Shown here in pieces: positions 19,209 through 30,361 of a stretch of 64,000 nt of DNA. Every line of letters starts with the position of its first letter. The first letter of the stretch is position 1. This DNA is from an uncultured Gammaproteobacteria bacterium. GTDB lineage: Bacteria > Patescibacteriota > Patescibacteriia > UBA9934 > GWF2-40-263. The position numbers and the translations under genes are program-made. Under the pieces are notes generated by a model. The model saw nothing but the letters and a program-made list of their open reading frames with translations, did not search any database and was not told the DNA's origin. The stretch lies in contig CAZIDX010000003.1 in NCBI GenBank assembly GCA_964538435.1, forward strand, positions 15,948-79,947. The letters run 5' to 3'.

Positions 19209-20516
19209 TTAGGCAGCGACCTTGAGCTCCCTGATGATGAGCTGCTCACGGTCAGGACCCACACCGATCATGGTGACAGGCACCCCTGTCATCTGTTCGA
19301 TTGTGCGGATGTAGAACTGAGCGTTCTGCGGGAGATCACCGAACGTGCGGCACCCCGTGATGTCCTCCTCCCAACCAGGAAGCTCCTGGTAGAGCGGCTC
19401 GCACGATTCCATCAGCTCGGTCGTGAGCGTGGCGTGATCACCAACCCTATCCATGTGGGCAAACCGCTGAAGATCCGAGCCAGCCATCTTGTAGCCCACG
19501 CAAACCTTCAGAGCCCCCAGGCCCGAGAGCACATCCAGCTTGGTGATGCACAACTCGCGAACCCCGCCCACACGCACACTGTAACGCAGCGCGAACAGAT
19601 CGAGCCACCCACAGTCACGCGGACGTCCTGTGGTCGAGCCGTACTCGTGACCACGATCACGCAGCTCCTGACCCACCTCATCGTCGAGCTTGGTCGGGAA
19701 CGGACCCGCACCCACTCGCGTAAGGTACGCCTTGGCCACAGCGATCACACGATCGAACTCGTAGACCCCCATGGACTGGGAAATACCACCCAGGGTCGTG
19801 GACGAAGACGTGCAGAACGGATTGGTTCCGTTCATCAAGTCGAGCAGGACACCTTGCGCACCCTCGAACAGAACATCCTTCCCCTCAGCCATGGAGCGCT
19901 GGAGGATCTCGCGTGTGTCCCCACGATGCATGTAGAGCACCTTGGCCCGCTTCATCACCCACGCCACCGTCTCATCGAGCGTCATGGGCACGATCTCAGA
20001 CCCGTCGAACTCCTTACACCGCGAGTTGTAGTACTCACCATGCTCGAGTGCGCGACGAATCGCAGCCTCGCTCTTGAGATCACGGATCTTCAGACCACGA
20101 CGCGCAACCATGTCCTCGTAGCACGGACCGATCCCACGATGAGTGGTCCCGATCTTATCCTTGCCCAACCGAGACTCACGCAGCTGGTCGATCTGCTTGT
20201 GAAGCGGAAGCACAACAGGGGCATTGAAATCGAGCACGACCTGAGCACCACGCTCAGTCGCAAGCACGAGTTCTTCGTAGACCACCTCCATGTCATGCGC
20301 CACGCCCGGCCCGGTCAGATTGAGAACACCCTTGCGGATGATCCCAGACGGAAGCACATGCAGAACGAACTTCGTATTGCCGACCCAGATGGTGTGGCCA
20401 GCATTGGCTCCACCATAGAATCGCACCACGATCTTGACGGCTCGAGCAAGCAGGTCAACGACCTTTCCCTTGCCCTCATCGCCCCATTGACCACCGAGCA
20501 CCACGTCACGAGACAC
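19209..20516 (-). CDS. purA: Adenylosuccinate synthetase. GC-rich codon usage unlike flanking genes.
   Basis: N-terminal GGQWGDEGKGKVVDLLA P-loop signature and GANAGHTI. Full length 435 aa. Plus-strand ORF 19173..20534 is its antisense shadow. Confidence 0.85.
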   Translation of the reverse strand: MSRDVVLGGQWGDEGKGKVVDLLARAVKIVVRFYGGANAGHTIWVGNTKFVLHVLPSGIIRKGVLNLTGPGVAHDMEVVYEELVLATERGAQVVLDFNAPVVLPLHKQIDQLRESRLGKDKIGTTHRGIGPCYEDMVARRGLKIRDLKSEAAIRRALEHGEYYNSRCKEFDGSEIVPMTLDETVAWVMKRAKVLYMHRGDTREILQRSMAEGKDVLFEGAQGVLLDLMNGTNPFCTSSSTTLGGISQSMGVYEFDRVIAVAKAYLTRVGAGPFPTKLDDEVGQELRDRGHEYGSTTGRPRDCGWLDLFALRYSVRVGGVRELCITKLDVLSGLGALKVCVGYKMAGSDLQRFAHMDRVGDHATLTTELMESCEPLYQELPGWEEDITGCRTFGDLPQNAQFYIRTIEQMTGVPVTMIGVGPDREQLIIRELKVAA

Positions 20517-20677
20517 AGATCACCTCCTTGGTGAAAGCTCCTTTCAGAAGAAGAGCCACGAAGACCTTACCAACCCTCTATTTTTTAAGCAAGATTAAAG
20601 GTCTAGATCTAAAAAACACCACATGTTATACTTAACCCACGAAAACTGCACCCATTTATTTCGGCCGTTTTCAAAGA

Positions 20678-20715
20678 AAAGCACGACTCTCGTGGGGATT
20701 GTCGTGCTTTTTGCT
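20678..20715. terminator. Bidirectional intrinsic terminator
   Basis: gaaaAGCACGACtctcgtggggattGTCGTGCTttttgc lies between 20796..21143(-) and purA. Confidence 0.5.
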
Positions 20716-20795
20716 TTACCAAAGTCAAACTTCCAAAGTTCAACGTTCAAAGCTAGGCTTCGACAAAAAGAAATACCCCGCCCTTGCGGACGAGG

Positions 20796-21143
20796 CTAGC
20801 CTCCGAGCTGAGGCGGAAATACATGCTCGAAGTGTGGTCGGTACCGATAGTCTCGAATGACCGTCGGTTCTTTGTTGTTGGGACCCCAGAACAGAACCCT
20901 GTGCCACAAAGGTCGCGGCTGCGAGAGTCTCTGCCAGTAGGTCCATGCCACCTGGTTGCTCAACAGCATCGAGCCGCCGTGAAAGAACGCGTTCGCATCC
21001 GATCCTGTGAGCAGGTCGTACGCCCACTCATGATCCTGTGCGTACACACGCACCTGATGATCGATCACACGAGGCACCACGAACAGCAGTGTGAGCAAAC
21101 AGATGACAACACACCAGTCACCCACATTTCTCAGATATCTCAT
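20796..21143 (-). CDS. Hypothetical small membrane-anchored protein (GC-rich class)
   Basis: 115 aa with an N-terminal TM (WCVVICLLTLLFVV) and GC3-rich codons. Confidence 0.35.
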   Translation of the reverse strand: MRYLRNVGDWCVVICLLTLLFVVPRVIDHQVRVYAQDHEWAYDLLTGSDANAFFHGGSMLLSNQVAWTYWQRLSQPRPLWHRVLFWGPNNKEPTVIRDYRYRPHFEHVFPPQLGG

Positions 21144-21157
21144 CTCACTCCTCCGGA

Positions 21158-21538
21158 TTACCGCAATCCGTAGCGGGTCGAGAATGGCGCGTCACTCGAC
21201 TCCGTACTCGGACACTCCTCTTGCACCACGCACTCGCAAGTGCATACCTCCTTCTCACGGAAGTAGACAAAGTAACCCGTGGTGGTTCCTTGACTGTCAG
21301 TGTTGTCGCTCGATATCGAAACGAGCTCAAGCTCGGAACGCTCTCGAAGAAACATCGAAAGCTTGTTCCCAAACGTGCTCTCGTCGCAGTTGAAGTAGTA
21401 GAGCCCATTGCCGTAATCGACAATGCCGCTGTCCGTACTGACCATAGCCAGATTGCTCGGATCACCAGCATCGTCACCCGGCGGGCACCCCACCAGAACA
21501 AATCCCAGCAGAACCACCAACATGATCACACGTCGCAT
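21158..21538 (-). CDS. Hypothetical lipoprotein (GC-rich class)
   Basis: Start taken at MRRVIMLVVLLGFVLVGC (lipobox LVGC). TTGACA-type promoter (GGTTGACAAATAGGG, minus sense) at 21597-21606. Confidence 0.4.
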   Translation of the reverse strand: MRRVIMLVVLLGFVLVGCPPGDDAGDPSNLAMVSTDSGIVDYGNGLYYFNCDESTFGNKLSMFLRERSELELVSISSDNTDSQGTTTGYFVYFREKEVCTCECVVQEECPSTESSDAPFSTRYGLR

Positions 21539-21659
21539 GATCCCTCCTCTCTCTCGCATAAAACACGAGATCCGACTGTAGCTCAATCCCCCCTATTTGT
21601 CAACCACAAAACCACGCCCGAAGACGTAGTTTTGTGTGCTGTTTCTATCAGCTAATCTT

Positions 21660-23381
21660 TTAGATAGTCTTTACATCCTCACCAGATTCCACATGACTTC
21701 CTGATCCATAAGACCAAAGAGTTGTGGCATTCACCTCAACAATCCCGATGTTCCAGTCATCTCCGAAGATCTCACCGGCAGCAGTCTCAGAGGTAATCCA
21801 ATGAAGTTTGTAATCAGATCCTACTACGTATACACGCGGTGAGGTCGCAGCCTTCACACGTGTTCCAGGAGCGAACTTGAGGTCACCCTCAAATTCGTAA
21901 ACACTGAAGTATGCATCAATTGTTGCATCGCTTACTTCATTCATCTGGTCCCATGAACTAAACCATGAGAAGTAGACATTCTCGTCAGGAACAAGCCACA
22001 TTTGGCTGCCACTAACAAGATATACGTCTGCAGATGAAGCTGATGTATACGCCTCAACATCAGCGCGCTCAAGGTCAAGAAGAGGAAGGAAAGTTACCTG
22101 ATAGGTAGCTCCGTCATCTCCAACCCAGTAGGCATGATCAATATCGCTAAGGTAGACTGGCTCATCACCAAACCCAACGTTCATAAGAAACTTTGTTGTC
22201 TGGTTCTCATACCAAATGTCTCCATTAGCATCGATTCCAACAAGGATATCCTCGTTTGAATCGGTAACATGATAGGTTCGGGTTTCCCACTCACCAGTTG
22301 CAAATGTGTAAGAAACATACTCACCCGCATCATTCTGGAAGTAGATCGCATCACTCTCAAGGGTAAAACTACCGTAAAGAGCAACACCGAACTTTGACAC
22401 ACCTGAAAGATCACGAACATAAAGCCCGTTCTCATCATCGATGTATGCCATGTAATCTCCAATCGTCTGCACAGCCTCATCAGCTGAATCTGCAAACCAT
22501 GAAAGATATGCGCCACCAGCCTCTACAGGAACCTCGTCAACTGACGGGTTATAACTGAAGAGCTGGTAGTTCTGGAAGTAGTACACTACGCCATCAGACG
22601 TAAAGTGTGCACCAAGAATCTCGCCTGGCTCCTCAGTCCAAGTCTCAGGAATCGCTTCCATCTGACGTGCGGTCTGATCAATAAGCCAGAGCTGCTCAAA
22701 GCCTCCAGAGAACTGGAACTTCACAAGAGCGAGTCCGTCTTGAACGTCCTCAATCTCCTGCCAAGGAGCAGTGAGAGTGTAAGTGAAGTCGTCGCGCTCA
22801 TATCCGGTTTCAAGATCGAAAACAGAAAGCTGAGCCTCAACCTCACCTGTTCCATCCTCTGCTACGAGGACAGATGTATAAATCCGATCACCATCTGTAG
22901 CAAAGGTCATGAAAGAAAGATCAGAGTCATTTCGATCAATCACCATAAGCTCGCCAAGCGAACCTGTAGCTGGATCAAACTCATAGATCGTTCCCCAATC
23001 AACATTGTCTTCAGTTGGAACACGGAAGATGAATCGGTCATCCTGAGCAGTGTGCCAGAAGTCCGATGTGATAGTGTCACTAACACCCTCCACTGTGAGC
23101 TCCTGCCCATCAGAGAGAATGGTGACATCAACCAAGTTGCAGTTACCCTCGTCCTCACAAGCATCTGAAATCTCCGTCACAAACGTTACGTCTGCAAACT
23201 GATAAATCCCATCAGCATTGTCGAGCTCGAGGCGCTGAACCTGGTAAAAATCGTAATCCCAAGCAGCTTCAGCCATGGTGTTTGACCATTCCCCAGAATC
23301 TGCAAACGCAGAAGGAAGAAACGGACTCACCAAGACTGCAACTGCGATTGCAATCACGAGAGGTTTCTTAAGTGTTGTCAT
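21660..23381 (-). CDS. Hypothetical secreted protein (573 aa, acidic, beta-rich)
   Basis: Signal peptide MTTLKKPLVIAIAVAVLVSPFLPSAFA. Promoter TTGACAAAATGACC (minus sense) at about 23453. Confidence 0.5.
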   Translation of the reverse strand: MTTLKKPLVIAIAVAVLVSPFLPSAFADSGEWSNTMAEAAWDYDFYQVQRLELDNADGIYQFADVTFVTEISDACEDEGNCNLVDVTILSDGQELTVEGVSDTITSDFWHTAQDDRFIFRVPTEDNVDWGTIYEFDPATGSLGELMVIDRNDSDLSFMTFATDGDRIYTSVLVAEDGTGEVEAQLSVFDLETGYERDDFTYTLTAPWQEIEDVQDGLALVKFQFSGGFEQLWLIDQTARQMEAIPETWTEEPGEILGAHFTSDGVVYYFQNYQLFSYNPSVDEVPVEAGGAYLSWFADSADEAVQTIGDYMAYIDDENGLYVRDLSGVSKFGVALYGSFTLESDAIYFQNDAGEYVSYTFATGEWETRTYHVTDSNEDILVGIDANGDIWYENQTTKFLMNVGFGDEPVYLSDIDHAYWVGDDGATYQVTFLPLLDLERADVEAYTSASSADVYLVSGSQMWLVPDENVYFSWFSSWDQMNEVSDATIDAYFSVYEFEGDLKFAPGTRVKAATSPRVYVVGSDYKLHWITSETAAGEIFGDDWNIGIVEVNATTLWSYGSGSHVESGEDVKTI

Positions 23382-23489
23382 AGCTTTTTTGGCTGAAACG
23401 CCTTACTTTTTTACGCTAAACTAACGGCAAATATTAGCATAAATTGGTCATTTTGTCAAGCAGACATAAGACTTTTTGCACTAAAATTA

Positions 23490-23865
23490 GCACAAAACGA
23501 AGACCCCCGCCGCAAGGCTAAGGGGTCCGTATCGTTGGCTTACAAGCCTATTACTTGATTCCCATTGGGTCGTTCTGTGTGGTTGGGTTCCTGATGAATC
23601 AGGCCTTAAGGCACGCCCGTTAGGACTGTTTTGGCTTGTTTTGTTCCGGAAAAACCTCCGGTTGGGGCTGTGCCGCCAGTAGCGACACGAGATCGGGCAG
23701 TGGCTCACTAATGGAAGAGCCGAATCGTCACTTGCACCTCCATGCCATCATTGGCGGGGCGACGAGAGGGAGAGAGATCGGGTTGACGGGCATCAGAGCC
23801 CTACACGCCTACCCTGGACGCCAATGGCTCGCAGCCGGGCGCTTCTGCAGGACAGGAGAAGTAGT
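23490..23865 (-). ncRNA. Candidate structured ncRNA of unknown family (GC-rich, ORF-poor, promoter + terminator)
   Basis: About 570-bp gene-free interval at about 58% GC. Minus-sense promoter GGTTGACAAAAGTGTCATTTTGTGCTAGACT at 23866-23895. Minus-sense terminator GACCCCttagccttgcggcGGGGGTCttcgttttgt at about 23490-23530. No match to RNase P, tmRNA or SRP conserved motifs found by eye. Confidence 0.3.
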
Positions 23866-23954
23866 CTAGCACAAAATGACACTTTTGTCAACCATGCCAG
23901 ACAGTAATCGAAAAGCCGCCAGCATCGTTGCTAGCGGCCGTATGGGACTTGGGT

Positions 23955-24425
23955 TCAGGTACCAGAGAACCTTCTTGTGGTCTCCACCCTGAACACATCG
24001 ACCCCCTTCAAGGTCTCACACACACTCCCCACAAACTCCCTGTCGCGCTGCGGGAGGCTTTGCACCCCCTGAGACCTCTTGACGATCTCTTCGAGGAAGA
24101 ACGAGGTGTTTCGCTGGTGGACATACATCGACTCAGCAGAGATCCTGATGATCCTGCTTTTGAATTCACCCAGCACCTCATCGAGCTCGAGGAGGGTTTC
24201 TTCCAGAAGCTGCAGGGTCTGAAGACCATCATCTCGGTTCGAATCCAGAACCTTGGTCCAGGACCAAAGCACATCAGAACTCGATCCCCGACAAAGCTCC
24301 AGTCCAACAGTCCGCTCAGGATCAGATCCAACTCGCTCGATCCTCAAGGTCCAGTTACCTTTTGGATCTGGATCACCACCCGCCTGCCTCAGTACCTGTA
24401 GGTTATCCTTGAGTGAACTCATCTT
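23955..24425 (-). CDS. Hypothetical protein (GC-rich class). Start taken at MSSLKDNL.
   Basis: Long ORF 23955..24533. The first 36 codons look like read-through. ATG at 24425 gives a 156-aa acidic protein. Confidence 0.35.
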   Translation of the reverse strand, partial: KMSSLKDNLQVLRQAGGDPDPKGNWTLRIERVGSDPERTVGLELCRGSSSDVLWSWTKVLDSNRDDGLQTLQLLEETLLELDEVLGEFKSRIIRISAESMYVHQRNTSFFLEEIVKRSQGVQSLPQRDREFVGSVCETLKGVDVFRVETTRRFSGT

Positions 24426-24546
24426 CTCGTCCTTCCTGCGCCATCTCTGCAGCGCGTGTCGAGAATCGAACCTAACACAAACACACCACCATGTCAATAG
24501 CAACAAACAAAAAAACGCGCACAGTGCACGCACGTTTTCTTATCGA

Positions 24547-24960
24547 TTATTTCTGCTCAAGCCATTCTCTTGCATCTGGTACCGAGTCAAAAATCTTCAT
24601 CACCCCTTTTCTCCCAACAAGATGCGCAATAAAATTCCCAAGAGCCTTAAGTGCAACACTCCCTCCAGCTACGGCAATATGCCCAAGCCTATCATCCTTA
24701 CACATTTCAATGTACTTATCTCTTGCCGCATGAGCCGTGAACGTCACATTGTCCAAGCGCACAATATCGAAAAGCAAATTCATTTGCTCAAGCTCAGACT
24801 CATCAAGAATCTCTTTCACTGCATCATGCACATACCCAGCAAGCCACTCCTGCTGTTCACTATTCCCATCTTTTAAAAACTCAACAATAATCAAATCGTT
24901 TTCACGATTGATAGAAATGATTTCTTTTAACTCTTCCTGTGTAGGCTCTGTCATACACAA
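24547..24960 (-). CDS. STAS-domain protein (anti-sigma-factor-antagonist-like fold), putative
   Basis: 137 aa. Pattern ...IIVEFLKDG...LDNVTFTAHAA...IAVAGGSVALKALG.. resembles STAS/SpoIIAA-like domains. Weak call. Confidence 0.4.
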   Translation of the reverse strand: MCMTEPTQEELKEIISINRENDLIIVEFLKDGNSEQQEWLAGYVHDAVKEILDESELEQMNLLFDIVRLDNVTFTAHAARDKYIEMCKDDRLGHIAVAGGSVALKALGNFIAHLVGRKGVMKIFDSVPDAREWLEQK

Positions 24961-24984
24961 ACCATTCTACACCAACCCGAAATC

Positions 24985-25010
24985 AAAAAACAGGCCATGC
25001 GACCTGTTTA
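24985..25010. terminator. Intrinsic terminator after uvrA
   Basis: aaaaaaCAGGccatgcgaCCTGtttacttc. Confidence 0.45.
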
Positions 25011-25067
25011 CTTCATACCAAAACGAGGTGAGCGAGAACCTGCTTGTGCCAGACGGTCGAGCGACCC

Positions 25068-27899
25068 CTACTTCAGCACATCTTTCAAATACCCTCCCGT
25101 AATACTCTCCTTTGCCTTCACAATCTCCTTTGGAGTCCCTTCTGCAACAACGATTCCACCCTTCATTCCACCTTCAGGCCCCATATCAATCACCCAATCA
25201 GCTCCCTTAATCACATCCAAATTGTGCTCAATGATCACAACCGTATTTCCCTTGTCTGCCAAAAGATGCAGTACACCAAGAAGTCGCTTAATGTCATCAA
25301 AGTGCAGTCCTGTTGTTGGCTCGTCCAAGATGTAAAGCGTGCGACCTGTTGCGCGACGAGAAAGCTCAGTTGCAAGCTTCACGCGCTGAGCCTCACCACC
25401 TGAAAGCGTGGTTGCTGGCTGTCCAAGCTTGATGTAGCCAAGACCAACTTCGTGAAGCACATTAAGCTTTTCAAAAATCGCTGACTGATCCGCAAAGAAG
25501 CGCCGTGCTTCCTCAACCGTCATAGCCAAGATGTCAGCAATGTTCTTTTGCTTGTAATGGATCTCAAGCGCCTCTGCGTTATAGCGCGTTCCACGACACT
25601 CAGGACATTCAACGTAAACGTCAGGCAAGAACTGCATCTCAATTCGTCGCATTCCTTCTCCACTACACGCCTCACAACGTCCGCCGCCTTTCACGTTAAA
25701 ACTAAACTTCCCTGCATCAAACTTCCGCATCTTTGCCTCAGGCACCTCTGTAAACAAATCTCGAATCGCCGTAAACACTCCTGTGTACGTTGCTGGATTC
25801 GATCGTGGCGTGCGCCCAATCGGAGACTGATCCACAGCAACCACCTTATCAATATTCTCAACCCCCTTAATAGCCTTGTGCTCACCAGGATAGGTCTTTG
25901 CGCGATAGAACTTCTTTGAAAGCGCCTTCCCCAAAATATCAAGGATGAGCGTAGACTTCCCAGAACCAGACACACCTGTCACGCACACAAGCTTTCCAAG
26001 AGGAATATCAACATCAATGTTGCGCAAGTTAAAAGCATTTGCACCCTCAACGGTAATCTTCTTTCCACTTCCCTTTCGATATTTCTTTGGAAGCGGGATA
26101 CTCTTTTTTCCAGTCATGTACTGACCAGTGAGCGAGTCTTTGTTGTTTTTAATCTCATCAGTCGTTCCTTCTGCAACCACCTGCCCACCATACTCTCCTG
26201 CTCCAGGGCCGATATCAAACACATAATCAGCAGCCTGAATCATTGCCTCATCATGCTCCACAACAATCACAGAGTTTCCAAACTCCTTAAGCTTCTGAAT
26301 CGTCTCAATAAGCCGATCATTGTCTCGCGGGTGAAGCCCAATCGACGGCTCATCCAAAATATAAATCACCCCAGAAAGTTGAGACCCAAGCTGTGTTGCA
26401 AGTCGCACACGCTGAGACTCACCACCTGAAAGCGTCATTGCACTTCGATCAAGCGTGAGGTACCCAAGTCCAACCTGTGTGAGCTGCTTAATACGCGCGC
26501 GCACTTCCTTTGAAACACGATCAACCACAAGCTGCTCATCATCCGTCAGCTTCACCTCTTCAGTTCCAAGCGTTGCAAAAAGCTCTCCAACATCCTCAAC
26601 CGGCATATTCACAACATCAGCAATCGACTTGTCATGAATGGTAATAGCAAGCACTTCTGGTTTAAGACGATGCCCTTTACAGGCAGGACAAGTCATGCGA
26701 CGCATAAAGCCCTCAAGCTCACTGCGCACATACTCACTATCTGTCTCACGGTACTTCTGCTCAAGCTGAGCCAAAATACCAGGAAATGTCTCGGTCTTTC
26801 CGTTTAGCGTATATTCCTCATCCCCTGTTCCGTAAAGCACGATATCAAGCTTTGCCTTTGCAACTTTATCAATCGACTTATTCATTGGCACACGATGCTT
26901 CTTTCCAACAAGCTCCAACATTCGCTGATAACTCGTTTGATTTCCCGCAATGCGCGTCCACGGACGAATAGCTCCTTCTGCAAACGTAAGCCTCTTGTTT
27001 GGAATAACAAGATCTGGTTCAAGCACAAGCTTCTCTCCAAGCCCCATACATTCGGTGCAAGCACCAAACGGTGAGTTGAAAGAAAACAAACGTGGCTCTG
27101 GTTTTGGGAGATTCAGGTTGCATGCTCCGCACATGAAACTCTGCGAAAGTGTAAACTCATCTCCATTTTCATCATTCACAACCGTAACAAACCCATTCCC
27201 GTAATCAAGCGCCTTCTTCACCTGCTGCGTTACCTGCTCTGTTGAATGCTCCACACCTCCAGCGAGTTCAAAAATAAGCACATCAACATCATGAGGCTTC
27301 TTCTTGTCTCGACGAATATTCATCCCCTCTTCTGTATCAGTGACCAAACCGTCAAAACGAATGCGAGTGAACCCAGCATTAAGCGCAGCCTTAAGCACAT
27401 GCTTATGCTCACCCTTTTGCTGATGCACCATTGGAGCAAAAAGCTGAATCGCATCCTCTCCAAGCTGCGCCTCAACCTTCTCTACAATACTTGCAATCGT
27501 CTGCTCACGAACAACCTGACCACAGCCAGGACAATGAGGACGACCAGCGCGCGCAAAAAGCACACGCAGAAAATCATAAATCTCCGTCACGGTACCCACA
27601 GTAGAACGAGGGTTGTGTGACGAAGATTTTTGGTCAATAGCAATCGTTGGTGAGAGCCCAAGGATCTCATCAACATCTGGTTTATCTTGTAGCTCTAAAA
27701 ATTGTCGAGCATAACTCGAAAGCGACTCCATGTAGCGTCGCTGCCCCTCAGCAAACACTGTGTCAAAAGCAATGGATGACTTTCCTGATCCTGATAGTCC
27801 AGTAACTACGACAAGCTTGTTCTTTGGAATATCAACGTCGATATTTTTCAAGTTGTGCACGCGGGCACCTCGAACCGAAATGAAATCTGATGATGACAT
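25068..27899 (-). CDS. uvrA: Excinuclease ABC subunit A
   Basis: 943 aa. N-terminus [56 protein letters not shown]. Two ABC ATPase modules and zinc-finger Cys clusters. Confidence 0.9.
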   Translation of the reverse strand: MSSSDFISVRGARVHNLKNIDVDIPKNKLVVVTGLSGSGKSSIAFDTVFAEGQRRYMESLSSYARQFLELQDKPDVDEILGLSPTIAIDQKSSSHNPRSTVGTVTEIYDFLRVLFARAGRPHCPGCGQVVREQTIASIVEKVEAQLGEDAIQLFAPMVHQQKGEHKHVLKAALNAGFTRIRFDGLVTDTEEGMNIRRDKKKPHDVDVLIFELAGGVEHSTEQVTQQVKKALDYGNGFVTVVNDENGDEFTLSQSFMCGACNLNLPKPEPRLFSFNSPFGACTECMGLGEKLVLEPDLVIPNKRLTFAEGAIRPWTRIAGNQTSYQRMLELVGKKHRVPMNKSIDKVAKAKLDIVLYGTGDEEYTLNGKTETFPGILAQLEQKYRETDSEYVRSELEGFMRRMTCPACKGHRLKPEVLAITIHDKSIADVVNMPVEDVGELFATLGTEEVKLTDDEQLVVDRVSKEVRARIKQLTQVGLGYLTLDRSAMTLSGGESQRVRLATQLGSQLSGVIYILDEPSIGLHPRDNDRLIETIQKLKEFGNSVIVVEHDEAMIQAADYVFDIGPGAGEYGGQVVAEGTTDEIKNNKDSLTGQYMTGKKSIPLPKKYRKGSGKKITVEGANAFNLRNIDVDIPLGKLVCVTGVSGSGKSTLILDILGKALSKKFYRAKTYPGEHKAIKGVENIDKVVAVDQSPIGRTPRSNPATYTGVFTAIRDLFTEVPEAKMRKFDAGKFSFNVKGGGRCEACSGEGMRRIEMQFLPDVYVECPECRGTRYNAEALEIHYKQKNIADILAMTVEEARRFFADQSAIFEKLNVLHEVGLGYIKLGQPATTLSGGEAQRVKLATELSRRATGRTLYILDEPTTGLHFDDIKRLLGVLHLLADKGNTVVIIEHNLDVIKGADWVIDMGPEGGMKGGIVVAEGTPKEIVKAKESITGGYLKDVLK

Positions 27900-27980
27900 A
27901 AGAAAAAAGGCTGAAGAACAAATGCGCTCCCGAGCCTATCATGTTTTCTTCTTATCGTCAACGATTGGATCTACCCAATA

Positions 27981-28010
27981 CAAAAACAGGGCTCTTCGAC
28001 CCTGTTATTT
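27981..28010. terminator. Intrinsic terminator after the Cys-rich protein gene
   Basis: caaaaACAGGGctcttcgaCCCTGTtattt. Confidence 0.5.
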
Positions 28011-29627
28011 AACCTTTACTCCATACCTATCTAAATAATCACTAGTTCCTCCATTAGCTTTTGAGCCAGAATTCACACAGTCATACTTTAATGAAAAATC
28101 TCCAAGACCAGCCACTAAAAACGCCCCTGCCTCAACAGCAACACAACTTTCCTCAGGCGGATGCGCATTACAAGGATCATCTTCACACAACGTCTTCAAA
28201 TCCATTTCTGTAGGAAATATTGAAGGCTCCAGATCGTCCATTTTAAATGACTTGTACCCCGTTGTTACCTCTACGGAATCATAGTCTCTACACGATCTCA
28301 CATTTGGACAATCAAGTTTGTACTCCGCACAAACACCATCAATGACAGCCTCTGCTGTTTCAGCAGCAATTTTCGCCCCCTCGGCTGCAGCAAGAAATGG
28401 CCCTGCAACAGGAACAAGTCCCCATCCATACATCTTGAACGCATCAGTCCAACCAACAATCGCTTTTGGATTTTGTGTTTTAAAACACTCATTACGTTGA
28501 TCAAGAACCTGATGTCCTCCAAATGATCTCTGGGTGTCTGCAAGAGAAAAAGAGTCACACACGGACGAAGAGGCTTTTATAGGAGTGTCTTGCCCCGCAA
28601 TAATATCCGTACATCTTGCGCACTGCGCATCAGCACCAGAACCCACACACCGATAAACATCATCTCCCTTTTTCTGACAATAATCATAGGTACACGTCGA
28701 TCCCTCAATCATGTCATTTCCTTCCCAATCTTTATCTACCTTAGCAACAGACCCACACTCCTTTCCGTTTGAATGCTCAGAAAGTATATAAGGCTTCCCA
28801 CCCTGTGGCGGAGGTGAATTCGAGTTAAAAGGTGAAATGAGTGGTGCACCATAATACGTATGATAAACCGTGCTTCCCCACTCTCCAGTCAAATACCCAC
28901 AACTGCTTGTTGGATCCACAAGCTGAACCTGTCGAATCATCGGGAACTTTGGCACTGTTAAATTAAGCAGATTCGGATTAACGGTATGCAAAATGAGCCA
29001 AGTGCTAAAAAGAAGCACAAGTCCTACTACTGCATTTTTGATTCGCTTTTTCGCATTTGCTGTATCACCATGCCCAGCCGCAACCGCATACTGCAAACCA
29101 CCAATCATGATAAACACAATCGCAATAAACCCAGCTATCCCAACAAGCCAAGTATATGCAGTATTTATGTACTCTCCATAATCGTTTGTTGAAGTCAAGT
29201 TCCCCACCTGGACCTGAAGAGTTGTTTTCTCACCCGCAGTCGCTGGATAACAATAGTACCAACCAGGCAGACATTCGGGTGGTTGAAACTTTGTATCAAG
29301 CTCTCCCCCCTGCCCCTCACAACTGCCATCCTTTCCATCTTTCCCTGGAGCAAAACAAAGTGGATTCATTGATGGAAGCTGAGTAGTGTCAAACGCACAA
29401 ACATTCACCGTAGAATCAGCAGCACGGCAAAGATCATAACAGTCAGAGCTGACAACTTTCGTTTTAGCATCAGGGTATTGCGTTGCCCCCTGCCCCTCAA
29501 CAGAGCAATAACAATCACATGTCCGCTCCTCCGCACTCACAACCTGGGCAAAAGAAAAAAACACCAGCGCTGTCACAAACAACACTGCTGCAATTTTGAA
29601 AACGTTTATTGTGCGCGTGTTCATCAT
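28005..29627 (-). CDS. Secreted/membrane Cys-rich protein (540 aa) with signal peptide and a central pair of TM helices
   Basis: Signal peptide [32 protein letters not shown]. More than 30 Cys including CDCYCS and CxxC spacings. Central [28 protein letters not shown]...[18 protein letters not shown] two-helix hairpin. 4-bp overlap with the upstream DsbA-like gene. Confidence 0.5.
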   Translation of the reverse strand: MMNTRTINVFKIAAVLFVTALVFFSFAQVVSAEERTCDCYCSVEGQGATQYPDAKTKVVSSDCYDLCRAADSTVNVCAFDTTQLPSMNPLCFAPGKDGKDGSCEGQGGELDTKFQPPECLPGWYYCYPATAGEKTTLQVQVGNLTSTNDYGEYINTAYTWLVGIAGFIAIVFIMIGGLQYAVAAGHGDTANAKKRIKNAVVGLVLLFSTWLILHTVNPNLLNLTVPKFPMIRQVQLVDPTSSCGYLTGEWGSTVYHTYYGAPLISPFNSNSPPPQGGKPYILSEHSNGKECGSVAKVDKDWEGNDMIEGSTCTYDYCQKKGDDVYRCVGSGADAQCARCTDIIAGQDTPIKASSSVCDSFSLADTQRSFGGHQVLDQRNECFKTQNPKAIVGWTDAFKMYGWGLVPVAGPFLAAAEGAKIAAETAEAVIDGVCAEYKLDCPNVRSCRDYDSVEVTTGYKSFKMDDLEPSIFPTEMDLKTLCEDDPCNAHPPEESCVAVEAGAFLVAGLGDFSLKYDCVNSGSKANGGTSDYLDRYGVKVK

Positions 29628-30361
29628 AGCTCTTCCTGAGCCGCCAGAGCTTGTGCCATAAGATCAAGCACCTCTGCTGGAATCGCTCCTGGAATGCGGT
29701 TGCCGTTAATAAAGAAGGTTGGTGTTCCGCGCACACCAGCTTCTGTTCCAGCTTCAAAATCCTCCATCACCTCGTTTTCCATTTCACCGGACTCAAGACA
29801 GGACCTGAACTTAACAATATCAATATTGAGCTGCTCAGCCAGCAAGTAAAGCTCTTCCTCATCTAAGTCGCTTTGGTTCTGATAAAGCTTGTCATGATAC
29901 TCCCAAAACTTTCCCTGCGCATGCGCACACTCCCCTGCCTGAGCAGCAAGAAGGGCGATTGGGTGCAGCTCAAGAATTGGAAAATCGCGATACACGTAAT
30001 ACACATCGTCTGGATATGTCGCTGCTAGTTCACGCAGTGTTGTGCTTGTCTCCTTTGAGTATGGACACCCAAAATCTGCAAACTCCACAATCGTCATTGG
30101 CGCCCCAAGCTTTCCAAGCGAAGGGTCATCTGCTGAAACCACATCAATCTCACCTTCAGGAAGCGAATTACTTGTCAGTGATGCGTTTGTTGAAAACGCA
30201 CCAACGGATTGCAAATCCAAATCATCTGTTTTCCCTGTCTTGATAGCGTCCACATAAAAGAGCACACGAAAAACAAAAAGGCCTGCCACCACAAGCATGA
30301 CAATAGTTACGATCGTTGCGAGCCAATTACGATCTTTGTGAATCTGCGCGTCAGTTTTCAT
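29624..30361 (-). CDS. DsbA-family thioredoxin-fold oxidoreductase with N-terminal membrane anchor (CPYS active-site variant)
   Basis: TM anchor LATIVTIVMLVVAGLFVF. Thioredoxin-like FADFGCPYSKE motif. DsbA-like length, with a second Cys pair FRSC. Confidence 0.55.
   Translation of the reverse strand: MKTDAQIHKDRNWLATIVTIVMLVVAGLFVFRVLFYVDAIKTGKTDDLDLQSVGAFSTNASLTSNSLPEGEIDVVSADDPSLGKLGAPMTIVEFADFGCPYSKETSTTLRELAATYPDDVYYVYRDFPILELHPIALLAAQAGECAHAQGKFWEYHDKLYQNQSDLDEEELYLLAEQLNIDIVKFRSCLESGEMENEVMEDFEAGTEAGVRGTPTFFINGNRIPGAIPAEVLDLMAQALAAQEEL

Noticed and set aside
19173-20534. 453-aa plus-strand ORF
   Set aside because: It is exactly antisense to purA, with an Arg/His/Leu-rich composition and no start context. 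A shadow ORF of a GC-rich gene.
23382-23954. Interval as RNase P, tmRNA or SRP RNA
   Set aside because: None of these could be matched: no GGAAAGTCC/ACAGAA.CCGGCUUA pair, no tRNA-like GGTTCGA.TCC...CCA 3' end, no SRP domain-IV GGAAG...AGCAGCC. The genuine RNase P RNA is at 42.4 kb. Kept only as an unidentified candidate.
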